A stretch of DNA of 64,000 nt from Felis catus (GCF_018350175.1 NC_058368.1:161636001-161700000), one strand, 5' to 3'; numbered from the stretch's first letter, positions 37,831 to 52,636 are shown. Program-made: numbers and translations. Notes: generated from the sequence alone by a model not told the origin.

Positions 37831-39599
37831 GTCTAAAAAAAGAGTACTTAAAATCTTTTAAAAGAAGTTATTAAAGATAATATATTTTGGAATTTCTCAA
37901 AGATAATGCTTAAAAAGTTGAATTGGTGCATGGGGGCTGTGCCAAAAAAAAAAAAAAAAAAAGTAGATGTAAAGCCACAGGTTTTAATGACCTTCTTTTT
38001 TTAACACAATTGAAGTCTGAAAGACAAACTGAAATTTATAATCTGAACTTGCAGAATGAGGAAGTAGTGGCATCCAAAAGGTGAAATACTGGAAACAGAA
38101 GGGGGATGGTCTTTTGAAACATGATAAAGGAGTTAAATAAGGTTAATGCTAAACAGCCTTATGTAGGATCCTCCTTATGAGATCACATTGCTTTTTGAAA
38201 AGCAAAAATTATGGAAACTTTTCATTTTTCCTATTAATATGAAAAGGAAACAATGAAATCATTTATCATAGGACATGGGGTCCTACAAGAAAAGAAAAAA
38301 AAATAATTAAAAGCAAGTGGGGGTAGGTAATCTTAAAGCATATCAAAAATGGGTTAGATATTGAAAGATAAAAATGATAGCAGTATTTTATTCATGGAAA
38401 TTTTTTTCTCTACGTAAACAACTTCCAAGAAGGCACTTAGAGATTGTATTTCCACATTCCCTAGGTAACATAAGACAACTTCCTAATAAAAATCCCTTTT
38501 ACTATGATAAAATGTAAACAACTCTTCTAATGGTCTGATGTCCTTATTTTAGCTTGATTTGGACAATTTACAAATGGGTATGCCCAGTTTTCATCAATAA
38601 GTCAGGTTACATTAACCTTCCAAATAGGGATTGTGCTAAAATCTATTTCGAGAGCGGTCAAGACTAACTAATGTGATCCATAATCCATTCGATAATGTAA
38701 AATGCTTGCTAGCTAAGTATACAAACTAAACATCAGCCAAAGATCAGACTTCTCAAAGCCCAGTGAAGGAACAGAATCAAGATAGCCATAAGCAAGTTCT
38801 AAGAAGTTCTTTAAAGCTTTCCCAGCAAGTATCAAAATAATCACATGTGGGGTGGTTAGTCAAATGTAGATCATTATTCTCTATATTTATTCCTGCCATA
38901 AAGTGTGCAATAGTGAAGGGACTGCCCATTTAGACAATTGCTTTGTCCGTGACATAAATTTATCACTCAATAAACAGCTTTCTATGAGCATATAAGTTGA
39001 TAAAGGGGCTTCCAGCTGAGGGAAAAGCCCCATAAAGGAATATCACCAAGGCAACACCACTGATGCAGGCTTTGGGGTCTGCATTATATTCCAGAGCTGC
39101 CTTCACTAGAAATACTACCGTTGTAATTCTCCTCCACCAGATTAATTAGGGGAAATTTTATATTCCTATCCCTGAAACTTTGAAGGGCTATAGGTGGTAC
39201 ATACTGTTTTCATTAAGTCAAAATATTAATAAAGGCTTGTGTATTTTTCCCTCCAGATGCCATCTCTTTTTGATGAAACTCCAATCTGATGGAGTCAATG
39301 CTAATTTTCCTCCTTTTACTCTCTTTCAGCCTCACTGAATGCCAATACATTTTTAAGTAGAATAATTTAATTTATAAATCACATTTATAAACTAGTTGTT
39401 AAATGAAAGTCCACTAGTAAAAATAAAAACAAAACAAAACAATGTTCTTGCACTTCTGAGGAAATAAAACAATCAAATACAGCCGTAAAGACAACTACAT
39501 TATGCAATATGCTATTCTTTGCAATGAAAAAGTATAAAAGTGAAAACAGTACTACAAAATCAAGCTACTGTGTAACTAACTGTACTTTAACTGAGATGT

Positions 39600-40281
39600 G
39601 CACTGTTGAAAGAATGAAGTTGGACGCCTTCATCATACCATATGAAAAGAAGAACTCAAAATAGATCATAGACCTCAATCCAAGAATTAAAACTCTAAAA
39701 CTCTTAGAAGGAAATACAGGAATAAAGTACGATGACCTTAGGCAAAGCTTTTTTTCAGATAGCAACCAAAGAAAAATTAAATTGGATTTCATCAAAATTA
39801 TAAATTTTTGTGCTCCAAAAGATACCATCAAAATAGTGAAAAACTCATGGAAGAGAATATTTGTGAATCAGATATCTGATAAGAGACTTGCATCAAAATT
39901 AATAAACTCCTATGAGTCAATAATAAAAATACAAAAACAAAACAAAACAAAAAAACCCTAAATTTTAAAATGAGCAAAGGCATAGGTAGTTTTCTAAAGA
40001 AGATACACAAATGACCAATATGGATGGACAACATCATTAGCTATCATGGAAATGTGAGTCAAAACCACAATGAGATACTTTTTCATACCAACTAGGGTGG
40101 TTATAATAAAAAAGACAAATAATAGCTAAGTATTGTCAAGGATATTATGGAATTGGACACTCATACATTGTTGGTGCCTGTACATGAGAGTAAAGTGGTA
40201 CAGACCCTTTGGAAAACAGTCTGCAAGATCCTCAAAAGGTTAAACATGAAGTTATCATATATTTAGCAATTGTACTCTTAG
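39600..40281 (+). mobile_element. Old LINE-1 (L1M-type) ORF2 3' fragment
   Basis: Degenerate L1 text: agaatgaagttggac...aaactcttagaaggaaatacagg...atcaaaattataaatttttgtgc...aaaaccacaatgagatac...ttggaaaacagtctg. Confidence 0.85.
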
Positions 40282-40289
40282 CTAGAAGC

Positions 40290-40450
40290 TTCTTGTCTCA
40301 ACCAAATTGAGTTATGCTTCTCTGAGCTCTCTTTTCAAGTAGGCCTCTCCTTTGGCCTTCTGTGTTCCTCCTTAATGATTCTAGTGTTTAGCAAGAATCC
40401 TATTCAGTTAGTTCAGGTGAGAATCCCTCCACCCTTAATATCTGATTATC
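40290..40450. mobile_element. Probable ERV1-class LTR fragment (MER31-like)
   Basis: tttagcaagaatcctattcagttagttcaggtgagaatccctccacccttaatatctgat resembles the remembered consensus. Confidence 0.4.
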
Positions 40451-40758
40451 TGTGTTTCAGTTTCCTGATCTGTAAATTTGAGGCAAAACATCTTACCTTC
40501 TGGAATATTGGAGAAATTGGATGATCTCATACAAATAACAGTTCACTATAAATTATGAATTTTATGTACAAATGCATGTATATCATGTTGATGCATATTA
40601 AGAAAGTCAGACACAGTACCTATGCACATACCTATAGAATATTCACTCAACTAGTGAATTTGAGTTTAGTTTAGTTCTTGTTTTTTTTTTTTTTTTTAAA
40701 GAACTTGATGGATTATTGCCTGCATTGTATACTAGGGCCAAATCATCTAACATAACAA

Positions 40759-40789
<31 letters not shown>

Positions 40790-41509
40790 CAAAAAGCCTA
40801 ATAGTTACTTCTTTTAAATTTGATAAATTTTAACAAGCAGGGAGAAATGATCATAAGGTTTCCATCTAGAATGTGAACTATGCAGTTTAAATGAATATAG
40901 CAATCATGAAATTCACAGAAGTTTAGAGGCACTGCCTAAGACAACCATTTATTTTATGTGATTTGTTTTATTTTCGTTTTACTGATATAATAGAAATTCA
41001 GGAATGAGAGTCAGGAAACTTTTTTCCTGACTCTTTGAATGAGAATATAAGTTGATAGAGATAATTAGCTCAGACTTCATAACAATAAACTTATCAAGAG
41101 GGTGAAACATAACTTTCTTTAACATGGAAATGTAATTGAAATGGCTTTTTGTTTTTGTTGTTGGTGCTCAAGAGGAATATTTCCATAATAAAGAATCTGA
41201 AATCACTTGTCTGATGATTGATTCTACTTGGGAAAAAAAAAAAATCTGAAGACAGGCAATCTGTGGGAGTTGGTTTACAAAGCATGTGTACAGTATTCTT
41301 GACCATCTGTTTCTCTTTGTGTTAGTACATTCATGTAATATTGTTTTGAATGCTGACTCCAATTTCATTTAAAACCTCCTTCACGCACAATACATGAAAG
41401 AATACAGAAAGCAAGAGATGAAATATGGAGAATATATAGGTTCAGAAAAGAAGTATGCACTACTGGAGAATAAATTACATTTAAATTTTGGAATAAAGGG
41501 ATTAAGTTT

Positions 41510-41753
41510 AAATATTTTTAAAAATTTTTTAATTTTAATTTCTTTTTTTTTTTTTTATTTTTCAGAGAGAGAGAGACAGAGTATGAGCATGGGAGGGACA
41601 GAGAGAGAGAGACACAGAATACCAAACAGTCTCCAGGTTCTGAGCTGTCTTCACAGAGCCTTGAAGTTTAGTTTAAACTTGAACTCAGGAACTGTGAGAT
41701 CATGACCTGAGCCAAAGTCGGATGTCTAACCGACTGAGCCACCCAGCCACCCC
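41510..41753 (-). mobile_element. CanSINE
   Basis: TSD ggattaagttt. Confidence 0.9.
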
Positions 41754-41790
41754 ATGGATTAAGTTTCAAATATTAAAAAAGTTCACACTG

Positions 41791-41896
41791 GTGCACCTGG
41801 GTGGCTCAGTTGGTTATGTGTTCCACTCTTGATTTCAGCTCAGGCATGATCTCATGGTTCCTGGAATGGAGCCCCGTATTGTAGAGCCTGCTTGGG

Positions 41897-41938
<42 letters not shown>

Positions 41939-42000
41939 CCCCTCCCCTACTCACACTCCCATTCTCCCCCTCCCTCTCAAAATAAATAAATAAACTGAAA
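41791..42000 (+). mobile_element. CanSINE
   Basis: TSD aaaaaagttcacactg at 41775-41790 and 42001-42016. Confidence 0.92.
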
Positions 42001-42299
42001 AAAAAAGTTCACACTGAATCTCTAATGGTCTTGCTTAACTAATAAAATACCTCTAAAATATCTCAGTTGCTATCATAACATTCATACTTTCAAATAAAGA
42101 GGGTAAATGAAATGCTACACCAAAAAGCTGCAAATCATTAAAATTCATGGACACTCTGTTAGAGCAGTCCTGAGGGTCCTTCATTTTGTATTGGCATGAA
42201 AACAAGCCTTTCATCTTTGGCTTATCAGTTGTATATAAAAGCAAACTCAGGAGTTTAGGGACAAAGCTATATATCCAAGGAACATTTAATTATAGAATC

Positions 42300-42301
<2 letters not shown>

Positions 42302-42337
<36 letters not shown>
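42302..42337 (+). repeat. (AG)n microsatellite
   Basis: Pure dinucleotide run. Confidence 0.9.
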
Positions 42338-42340
<3 letters not shown>

Positions 42341-44125
42341 CAATGTAGGCCATCCTGTAGAGTTCCTTAATTAAATAAGAAAATATACCAAATGAGTTCC
42401 TGGAAATGGCTGCCTACATGTGATACCTGATAAGATCCTTAACTAGCTTATTAAAGCCACTGATTATTTCACTGCAAATGGGGGAAACAGGTGGATTTCT
42501 GGAGTGGTGTGGATGTAGAAGAGCTATAATAAATGTTACAATTGTTTTGATTGGGTTTAAGTCATACTATTTATTTTGAAATTCCAAATATAACTAAAGA
42601 AGGACTTGAGATTTGGCAGTTTTCAAAAGGGGCAAGGTTTAAAATAGCTTTAAGAATGGTCTATTAATTCTACCTAAAATTTTTTTATAATATTAACATT
42701 AAGCTTTCTCAGTTGGTAATGTTGAAATGTAGTAATAAGCATACAAATAAGAACATTGATGGCTGTCTTTCAAAGTTCACATTTTGGTTAGTATATTCTG
42801 TCTGTAGCATATGGAGTTTCCAAATTCTGAAGTACTTAAGAATTCAGTTATCTAATCCAGACCAATTGCCAATTAGTTTGTCTCATAAACGTCAATTTAA
42901 AGAAAGCCAAAAATATTCACTATGATTGTTCTTCCCACAGCAAGAATTACCAGGTTAGAGAGAGGCTCTGGAAGGTGCACAGCAGTGACTGAACTCCAGG
43001 CATTAAGTGGTCCTTTACATCTGACAACTGGTTATGGTAAGGAAAATAATTTACAAGTGGAATATCAGTATATAAATAAATGTGCAACCTATAGCTGTAG
43101 AATTAAAATTTAGCTGTCATGGGTAGATTTTTTTATCATCTTTTTTTTTAATAAAAGAGTATTTAACTAATTTATACCTTGTAGAGTGTTTTCCCTAAAA
43201 CTTAATTTCCAGTAAGGCTCAATTTAGGTTGACTATATTAAGGTCAAAAATATAATTTTAATCTGTATAATTTATATAAAATATAATTTGGCAGAGTAAA
43301 CAAATCCTTGCCAGAAGTTTAGCTTATTCCCTTCTCTCTTAACATTTAATTGTGTTCTCCATTTCCCAAATTAGTTTTCTGTAGAGTTTTCTGACCAGAG
43401 ACAAACACAGGCAACCTGATACATATACTAGTTAAATACCATCTCTTCAAAAGTTTATGGAAATTGAGTTGGTTTGTAATGACCTAGAACTATTTTTTAT
43501 ATGTGGTGCTCTAGACTAAAGAAATTGAAACTACACTACAATGCTAAGTGATGATCTTCCGGTTTTTATTTTTACATATTTTGGCCAGTTTCCTTGTTCC
43601 TGGTCTTTTGCCCACACTTAAGAGCTGACTACATATTCCACTGTGGGAAAACACTGCTCCTTTTCAGACAGGACTTCTACATAAGTTTCAATTTCCAGTT
43701 GATTCATCAAAACAAAGCTGGTTCAGAAAGGGGAAAAATTACAAATTGCTTACATCTGTTCAACCTAAAACATTATTCATAATCTTCCAGGGATGATGTC
43801 TAAGCCATCTGGGGAATATGATAGGTGTTTGGGGAAAAAAATATCTGTCACAGTGCAATGGAGAAGTGAAATGTGTGAAAGTCTCAAGGTTACCTCATGG
43901 TTCAGTGATGGCTTTCAGGTACTTTGCAATAGACAAGTTCTAAATTTCTATATATACAAACCAGAAACATTAATCTACTCAATTTTACACAGTAAGCATG
44001 AACATACTTGTAAAATAAATTAATGAATTGTTGGAATCAAGAGTTTCTAAGATAAGTGAAACAAATTATTACAGGTTATGATTAGGAAATAGGATATTTT
44101 GTTCTAATTTAAAACGTAAATCTCT

Positions 44126-44235
44126 GAGCAACCAGCTGGCTCGGTTGGAAGAGCATGTGACTCTTGATTTTGGGGTCGTGAGTTTGAACCCCACATTGGG
44201 GGTGGAGATTACTTAAAATAAATAAATTTTAAAAA
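44126..44235 (+). mobile_element. Short-type CanSINE
   Basis: gctggctcggttggaagagcatgtgactcttgattttggggtcgtgagtttgaaccccacattgggggtggagattactt. Confidence 0.8.
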
Positions 44236-47069
44236 AGTGACTCTCTAGATATTATATACTAAGTATGACTATATAATACATCTAGTTATATGTTGCATAT
44301 TATATGTACCATTTTATATAATATACCGATATGTAGAATACACATGTAAATAAGCACATACGATGCATATGTAAATGTATATCGCTAGTTTGCTATGCAA
44401 ATGTATATATACATGAGCAAATCATAGATATGTTACAACTACCTAAATATCAGAATGCATAGTTCACAATATTGCCTTAAAATAAAAAATTATTTGAGAT
44501 GGCAAGACTTTTATGACTGTAGTGTTAGTTGAATCAAATATTTTTCACATCTCCTTTTGCTGTTAGAAGGAAGTCTGTTGGTTGACAATGTGGATCTGTA
44601 CAATCCCTAATAAAACTCTAGGATGAGGCATTTTTGTTATGAAACTTATTTCAGCCAGTTTTATCAAGAACATACCACATCCAATCAATCATTAATTTGT
44701 TACTTGACCCTGTTTCCTATTTTTCTGAAACTTTAAATAGTAAACTTACAAGAAAATACATTTGCTCTAAAATTGATTTACTGCCACCGATTTGGGCACA
44801 CCTGAGGGACCATATGTGTTAATTCCTTATTTGGAAAATTTTTATATCATCACTAATCTTACTGAGCTTCTCTTGACATTAATGGAACAAGTTAGAGGTT
44901 TTCAAATTTTATTATAAACTTCCGTGTTAATGCTATAAATTTATAAAAATGTAGAATAGGATAAGTTCAGTATCAAGTAATAAATATAAAATACTTCTTT
45001 TAAATCTGGGTTATAGAACTGTCTCTTTTTCAGACATTCCATTGAAATATTTTGGGGAATCTGGATGAATTTTCATCTTTATTGAGGAAAGAGAAGGACA
45101 TCAATGCCTAATTTAAATGTGTACAACTTCCAAATATTTCCTACCTCTCTCAAAAACAGACCAAGAGAAATAATGAACCAGTTTGCTTCCAGAAAATGCT
45201 TAGCAATCAAAAATGAGAAGAGGTACTGGGGTCACTTTCACTCATGTGCTTATTAAGTATAGAGGATCCTGTTGAAAAAGTCACATCCAAATGTGACCAG
45301 AACTGTACATTTGTATGCATTCCACCTTGGAAACAGTCGGAATGCTTTTCTCTGAAGACTTATGTATTTCAGTGACAGCTGCATTGCCACAATATGCTGA
45401 AGCGGCTCATTTTGACAGGTCACATCCTGGATTTCACATTTTGAATGGCAGCTGGGATGCCAGAGAGTTTTCTCACAGTGGGTGGGCTCTGTATTTAATC
45501 AGTGACAAGCTGCACGTGAAGCTACACGCCATTCTAAGAAGTCCAGGATGTACCAATGTCACTCTCATGGCTCTCTAAATAGCAGTGACATTCGTGGTAG
45601 CAATCTCTGTAACACTATGAGGACCGTGTGAAGTGCCTTTGAAGATCACAGATTTTCTGTGTCCCATTGCAACGCTCTTCCCTGATGCCATGGACAGCAT
45701 AAGCACTGTTGTAAACACCAGTTAAGTGGTTCAAGTCTCAAACGGAATCTCTATCTACATCCATTTATCTATGTATATACAGATATATAAACCAAAGTGA
45801 AAAATCAGGCCCCTTAACTTACAGTTCTGAGACATCTTGCCAGTCAGAGCAAAGCTGTGACTGTAACAACAAAACATGAGTCCACTCCTGTTCACCGGAG
45901 GGTGAATTACCTGTCCCGGATGAGCACTTGCTTCCCTCCAGAGGTGAGTTTTCACTTTGTGAGTTCATTACCAACTGGGACCTGCATAAACCAACCACTG
46001 TGCAAAACCCTAACGAGCTGATGGGTGATAAATTGATATGTCCTGACGTGAGGAATATTTCCCTCGGCTTTTCAGAGTCTCTTGTTTGTGCCAGGTCAGC
46101 AGATTTCAGGGCATTCACCCAGAGCACCTGAGAGAGCAATCCTCTGCTCTTCCTTCTGCAGGCTTGAAGCTCCAGGTTTTCTTCCTGAGATCTCAAAAAG
46201 CAATACCTCTTTGAAAACCTCTCTGAAAGTGGCTTATAATAGAATAAAATTTTTTTTGTGTGTTAGATGGGAATATAGGTTGAGTTTAAGATTTCTAAGC
46301 ACATCTTTGCAAAAAGATTTCTCTCAGGCCAAAAGCATAGATTGTGCTGTAGATTTTCTCACTTGCAAGACTCTAGAGACATCTAAGGCCATGTTTCAGG
46401 ATTAAATTTGCAGTTTGCCTGTGGAAAACCTAGGTGGAAAGCTCTAAAATTCTAATACAGGAGGATCAGCAGATTGCATGGGGCGTGGGAGATCCTTAGT
46501 CCACAGGTGTTGATTCAAGTCAAAAGAGGGCAAGGCCTTCAGTTAATAATGCTCTCTGATTGAACAAGTTCAGCTTTTTCAAAGACCCAGATTCCTGGGA
46601 AATGTTCTTAGCAAGTTTGAGACTGAGAAGAAGTTTCATTTGCTTAATTGTTACAGTCAGGAAAAGAACAAGGCCCTGTCAGGTGGCCTACTATGAAATG
46701 TCTATGAATTCTGATGCAGAAATATTTGAGCCCAGACACAGTGCTGTGATCCTCCGGTGGATAGTGTGGGAATAGGGATGTGTAAGTACAGGACTATTAC
46801 CAAATTACAGATCTTTCCTCATGAAATGTGACTACCCTGCACGTAGAAATATCAGTGAACCCACCCCAAAGCCCTGCCATGCTCCATCTTCTCAGGATAA
46901 TTACCAAAAGGATCCCAGTGAACAAAAGAACCAGGTGAGCTCCTGAGAGTTTTGTGAATCAAGGACTCTTTCGTAGCACTGTCCCTCTCTTCAAAACAAT
47001 TATCTTTAGGCCTGATGCCCTCTCCTTTGTCTTTTTCCTTTCATAGATTAGAAATTTTACCTTAACCCT

Positions 47070-47230
47070 TACTGGGTGAGCTTGAAGAAGATATTTAACT
47101 GTGTTGTATCTCGCTTCATCGTCAGTAAAATGGGAATAATATTCACTTTATAGGATTGTTATAGAGATTAAATAAGTTAATATTTGTAAAGTGCTGCAAA
47201 TAATGCCTCACACATAGCACTATACTATTT
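47070..47230 (+). mobile_element. MIR fragment
   Basis: cttcatcgtcagtaaaatgggaataata...ataggattgttatagagattaaataagttaatatttgtaaagtgct. Confidence 0.75.
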
Positions 47231-48859
47231 ATTACTGAATAAAACAGCGAACGAGAGAGTATTAGCTTACTATCGCTTGCTCAGGGAAATCTTCCCTATT
47301 TTTCACCCATTTTTCCTTTGTACTACTTACCCAATTTCAATACAAATAATTTATCTAATCAAGGTTCCCCTGCTACAGTGAAAACTCTGTGTCAATTAGG
47401 GTGGTATTTACCAATGTATCTCTACCAATTAATACTAGATCTGACACATAGAAATTGATCAATATATATTTATTGCAAAAATCCCCAATTAATAAAATCT
47501 ATAAAAGCAGCAGACAATAAGAAACCACATTTTTGTATCTCAATCAATTTCTAAGTTGGAAACTGTGCTTATGCAGCAAATATCTATATAACACAAAGAT
47601 TTTATTTTCCTTAATTCAGGATACCCTTTCAAACTCTCAGGAGACCTATTTTATGTCTTCCAATATCTCTGGATGATAATATATGGTAATAATGCTTGTG
47701 AGTTTAGGCAAGCAGTCAAGGACACTTCATCCAGAATAACATGGCAAATCAATGTGTTATTTAGCCAGTTACCCTTTTGAATGGCTGCATTATATTTGTC
47801 TGTGTGCTTGTGTTAGCATAGACATATAGAAAGTATATGTGTGCAAATACAACCAAATTAATCTCAAAAAAAGGTACAAATTATTTCCACAGAGGATTAA
47901 GTAAATAGTCATATCTATTTATACAGTCATACTTACATAGACTTCAAATCTAAATACTTTTCATTGTTTTTACTTAGGTTGTGATTTTATTATGTTAATT
48001 AGGTTAACTCTAACTTCAGTGTTTCAATAACAATTTGCTAAAATATAATATAACCAACACATTACTTCTTAAAATTTAGACCCATAGTTTCTTAAAATAA
48101 ATCCTACTGTGAATACATATAGGACTTGCTCTAAGTTTCTGCTGACAATAATATGAGTTGAAACTGAAGTTGCTGGTTTTTATCAGTGGATCATTATTTA
48201 CATTATATAATTATATGTATCTGTGTAAATTAATTTTGGAAAGATTTCCCTCTTTTCTTCATTTAATGCTCCAGTCCTCCAGCAACCACTTAGTTTTGAG
48301 GGACTACTACTCACCAGATACAGTTTACCATCCTGGAGAAAGTGATAACCGTCTACCCTGTAACTGAACACCCCATGAGCTGTTTATAAGTGAAGTAAGG
48401 AGATGTATATTATACCTTGGTGGTGTCCGATTAGGAAAAGTTCCAAAATCTGACTATAGAAATACTAGGATTATATCTTATGAAATAAAGCACTTCTCAA
48501 TTCTACAATTTCCTACCTGGATTTTTGAACAAGTTCTTACTTTCTGAGCCTCAATTGTTCTCATCTTAAAAAGAGGCTTATAAAATCTATTTTTTATGAA
48601 GATTAAATGAGAAGGTAAATGCTCAATGGAGTTACTGTTATTGTTATTCCACTCCCCCATGCAGACACCCAGATCTGCAGCATATCCACTCATCTCCCTT
48701 CAGCTTCATCACATTTACCTTTCCTTCATTTTCCACTATTTCTGCTCTACTACCTAAGCTTCCATCATAGTCAGACTCCAGTTCTTAGCTGGATAAAGTG
48801 CTCCTAGATGAGTGAGGCCTGGTCATCACTAAGGGGGCCCCAAACAAATTATTTTATTT

Positions 48860-49056
48860 TAACTGTTTATTTTTAAGAAAGAGAGAAAGCGTGCACAAGC
48901 AGGGAAGGGACAGAGAGAGGAGACAAAGGATCCAAAGCAGGCTCTGCACTGATATCAGAGAGCTTGATGTGTGGCTCATATTCAGGAACTGTGAGACCAT
49001 GACCTGAGCCGAAACCAAGAGTCAGACATTTAACTGACATAGCCACCCAGGTGCCG
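48860..49056 (-). mobile_element. CanSINE
   Basis: TSD acaaat(t/c)attttatttt. Confidence 0.9.
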
Positions 49057-49246
49057 TACAAATCATTTTATTTTTAAAGTTCTTCACATCTGACCCTTGA
49101 TTTAACTTTTCTACATTTGTTTTTCTTTTGGAGTGGGGAATGATGGGTGACATAGAAATTCAGACATGATAGGAACCTATACATGTAAGTGAAAAATATT
49201 TGAGTCTCTCAATCTAGAACCATACTTTGTGTAGAATAATGATTCT

Positions 49247-49480
49247 GGTAGCACCTGGGTGCTCAGTTGGTTGAGCGTCAGTCTGGATCAGGTCATGATC
49301 TTGTGATTTGTGAGTTCGAGCCCCTCGTTGGGCTCTGTGATGACAGCTCAGAGCCTGGAGCCTTCTTCGTAGTCTGTCTCCGTCTCTCTCTGTCTCTCTC
49401 TGCCCCTCACCCATTCATGTTCTGCCTCTCTCTCGAAAATCAATAAACATTAAACAATTTTTTAAATAAATAAAAAATAA
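49247..49480 (+). mobile_element. CanSINE (feline)
   Basis: Full-length sense copy with (CT)n and A-rich tail. Confidence 0.9.
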
Positions 49481-50974
49481 TTTTAATTCTGGCAAAGTCT
49501 TAGAATTTATCTATGAGTTCTAAACAGAATCTATTTTCATGTAAACACTATTTTTCTAAGTAGATAATATAAATAACAAAGACTTCATATTTGGATAAAT
49601 TAAATGTGTTGCATTCATTTATATTTAAAATAAGAGCTTTGATATGAATCAGTCCCTGCTTGCTTGCTTTCTTTCTTTCTTTCTTTTTGTTTTTTTGTTT
49701 TGTTTTTTGTTTTTTTGTTTTTTTTTTGTTTTTTTTTTTTTTGCTTAACTCTACAGAAACAAGTTTTTTTCTTTTGGGGCTATGTCGGGGCACCACAGTT
49801 TTTGCAAGTATACCTAAAATGCAGCACTGTATATCTGGGACATATGCCTGAGGGAAGCCTTTCCAATTCTTAAAAAATATTGAAGATATTTCAGTATCAC
49901 AGATGTTTCCTTTTCAAACATGCTTTGGACCCCAGCAACTGTAATAATAAGAAAGATTTGCTGTTCTCATCAATGAAGTGAAGGAAATTGTTATTTTCAA
50001 AGTGTGACTCTCTTTCAGTTAATATAGGTTAGTGCACTAACATGTATTGCAGCATCCTAAAAATTCAGTACACCTTTAGCTAACTCCCAAATCTTTCTGC
50101 TGCTTTCTCTTCTTGCTTTTATTAGTGTACTTTAGATCATCATTAATTTTCACACAGTTTAACAAACTAGCTTCTACAATATGCTTATAGTTTCCAGTTA
50201 CCCAATACAACACTAATTTTAAGAAAGTACACTGTAGTCTTTCATTTCTTGCTCACAAACTTCTTATTGTCCTCTTTCAAAAGAATAAAGCTCCTTGTTA
50301 CATCAATCAAGACTTTTTGGAGTCTTACAAAGTCAAACTGTTTAGATAATTCTCTCAATGGTTTTACTCAGTTCTCTAGTTTTCCACTCTAATGATTTTG
50401 TTCATCCTCTCCTCCATTTGTCAAGCAAGTTTCAACTATACCACCTTATATCAAGGAAATCTAATCCATTATTCAGGGCCCCAGATGCCTTCTTTAAATG
50501 AAATATCTAATGATTTACCCTGATGCAAGTAATTTTTCCCTTTATAGCACATCACCATATTTATTCATTCTATATTTAATTAGGTGTTGCTACTGTGCTA
50601 TGAATCCAGAGGCAAATAAGGTAAATTCTCTGTTCTCATATCATTCAGAAATATGCTTGGTTGTATTTGTCTTAGGTTTTATATACTCTTATTGGTTAAC
50701 ATATAAACTTGAGACAAAATTGAGAAGCCATGGAGGACAGAGATTAATAAACTAATTGATCTTTATGTCCCCAGGTCCTAGCAGAGAACTTTGCATGTAG
50801 AGAAAAACAATAAATCTTTGTCAAAGTGAAGTGAATTCCTAGTCTGTCATAAAATTCTGATTCATGATAAATGAGACAGTCTACTTGTTGATTTGTATTA
50901 TTTCAGCTATTGTAAGTTGGTCTTTAAAATAATTTTACTGGTTTTATTGGGCTCCCAAATGAATACTTACTTTG

Positions 50975-51250
50975 CTTTCTCCTCCCCTGCCCATATGTTC
51001 ATCTGTTTTGTTTCTTAAATTCCACATATGAGTGGAATCATATAGTATCACAAGAGACTCTTAACGATAGAGAACAAACTGAGGGCTGAGGGAGGAAGGT
51101 GGGTGGGAGACGGGCACTGAGGAGGCCACTTGTGATGAGCACTGGGTGTTGTATGTAAGTGATGAATCATTGAATTTTACTCCTGAAACCAATATTTCAC
51201 TATATATTAACTAAAATTTCAATACATGCATCAAAAAAAGACACACAAAA
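50975..51250 (+). mobile_element. Short LINE-1 3' end with 5' inversion
   Basis: Antisense L1 3' UTR piece at 50975-51048 joined to a sense 3' end at 51049-51250. Degenerate TSD gaatac(t/c)ta(c/g)t at ~50961 and ~51252. Confidence 0.8.
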
Positions 51251-52636
51251 AGAATACCTAGTATAAAAAATTAAAAATTTTCTTTAATGTATGTCAATCA
51301 TAAAATGAAAAGTACAGATTATGGATTCAAGTTTCTTGGCTTTGATTCTGGCTTTGCTCTTTACCATTTGTGTAGACTTTAGCAAGTTACCTAACTAGTT
51401 ACTTCCTCAGTTTCTTCATTTTTAGAATGGAAGTAAAAAAGGAACTAGCTCACAGAGTTGTTTACTTAGTGCGAAAATCACTTGTAATAATGATTGCCAC
51501 ACAGTAAGTGCTACGTGAGTGTCAGCTAATATCAGATAACAAAATGATTGCACAAAGGCATGTATTTATATGTGTCATTTTCTCTGCCTGAGACACTTCC
51601 TCCTTATTCCTGGCATGAACTGTAAAACATCAATTTCCCCAGAAGGTATTTTTCTTTTAATCAGTCTCCCATTCTCACTTCTAGAAGTGACCCCTCCGTG
51701 CCCCAGCCAAACACACACACAATATAGCACTTGTTATACCAGACTCCAACTTTCTGGTGGTGATATAATCATCCAAGTGAAGGTGATAATTGTGTCTATT
51801 TAACCCATATTTGCACCCCGGACCTAGCAAAGCACCTGGCACATAGCCTATTAAATGAATACATGAAAGAATTATAGAAAGCTGAAGTTTAGGAAATCAT
51901 CTTAACCATGTAAGTACTAACATAATAATAATGCAGCTGCCTGTAAAACATGATCTAAATATTTTAATATATATTATGTGTATGTGTATATACTATTGTG
52001 GTCTATTTTTAATAAAATTAGAAAAGTCAAAAAATGGAAAAATAATAAAAGGAAATAGGACATGAAATCCCATAGTGACAAAAGGAACAATTGTTAGTTT
52101 GTGGGGCATGAAGAAGGGCGGAAGGTCTTAGGACTTAGCACTTCTTAAAACTTTACTTGGATATTAAATACAGTAACTTCATGCTTATCTATCTTATATA
52201 AAAAATGTCCTTATTTGTGACAATGCCTGCAATTTGGTATCCTATGGGGACATAGTTGCTGCCAGAGATTACTGTGTGATTTATTTTAAGTTGATGGCTT
52301 TGAATTTCTGAATGCTTAAAAAATATTTTTTCTGCCTTTTTAATTTAATTTTATATTTTGTTCTCATTCTCAAGTTGTTATGATGATGAAATTGATGCAT
52401 CCTCTTTGGATTAATTTTTTTCACAGCCATAAAACATGAGAGAAATGGGAAGAAGTCTTTCAATTTATGCTATTGAATTTATAGCTGTAGCATTTTTACA
52501 TCCTAGACATGACCCTAATTTGGTCTTCTCAATTTGTACACAAAGTTCTCAATCCAAATTCTAAAGACACCTAGGTTTAGATGTTTCAACAAGTGGTCAT
52601 TTCATTAACTCAACAAAGTAACATTTCTCTCAGTTA

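Noticed and set aside
45819..46405. Overlapping 107-125 aa ORFs in the intron
   Set aside because: No similarity to ST8SIA4 exons or any family I recognise.
49548..49873. Poly-Lys / poly-Phe ORFs
   Set aside because: Translation of a T-rich low-complexity tract.
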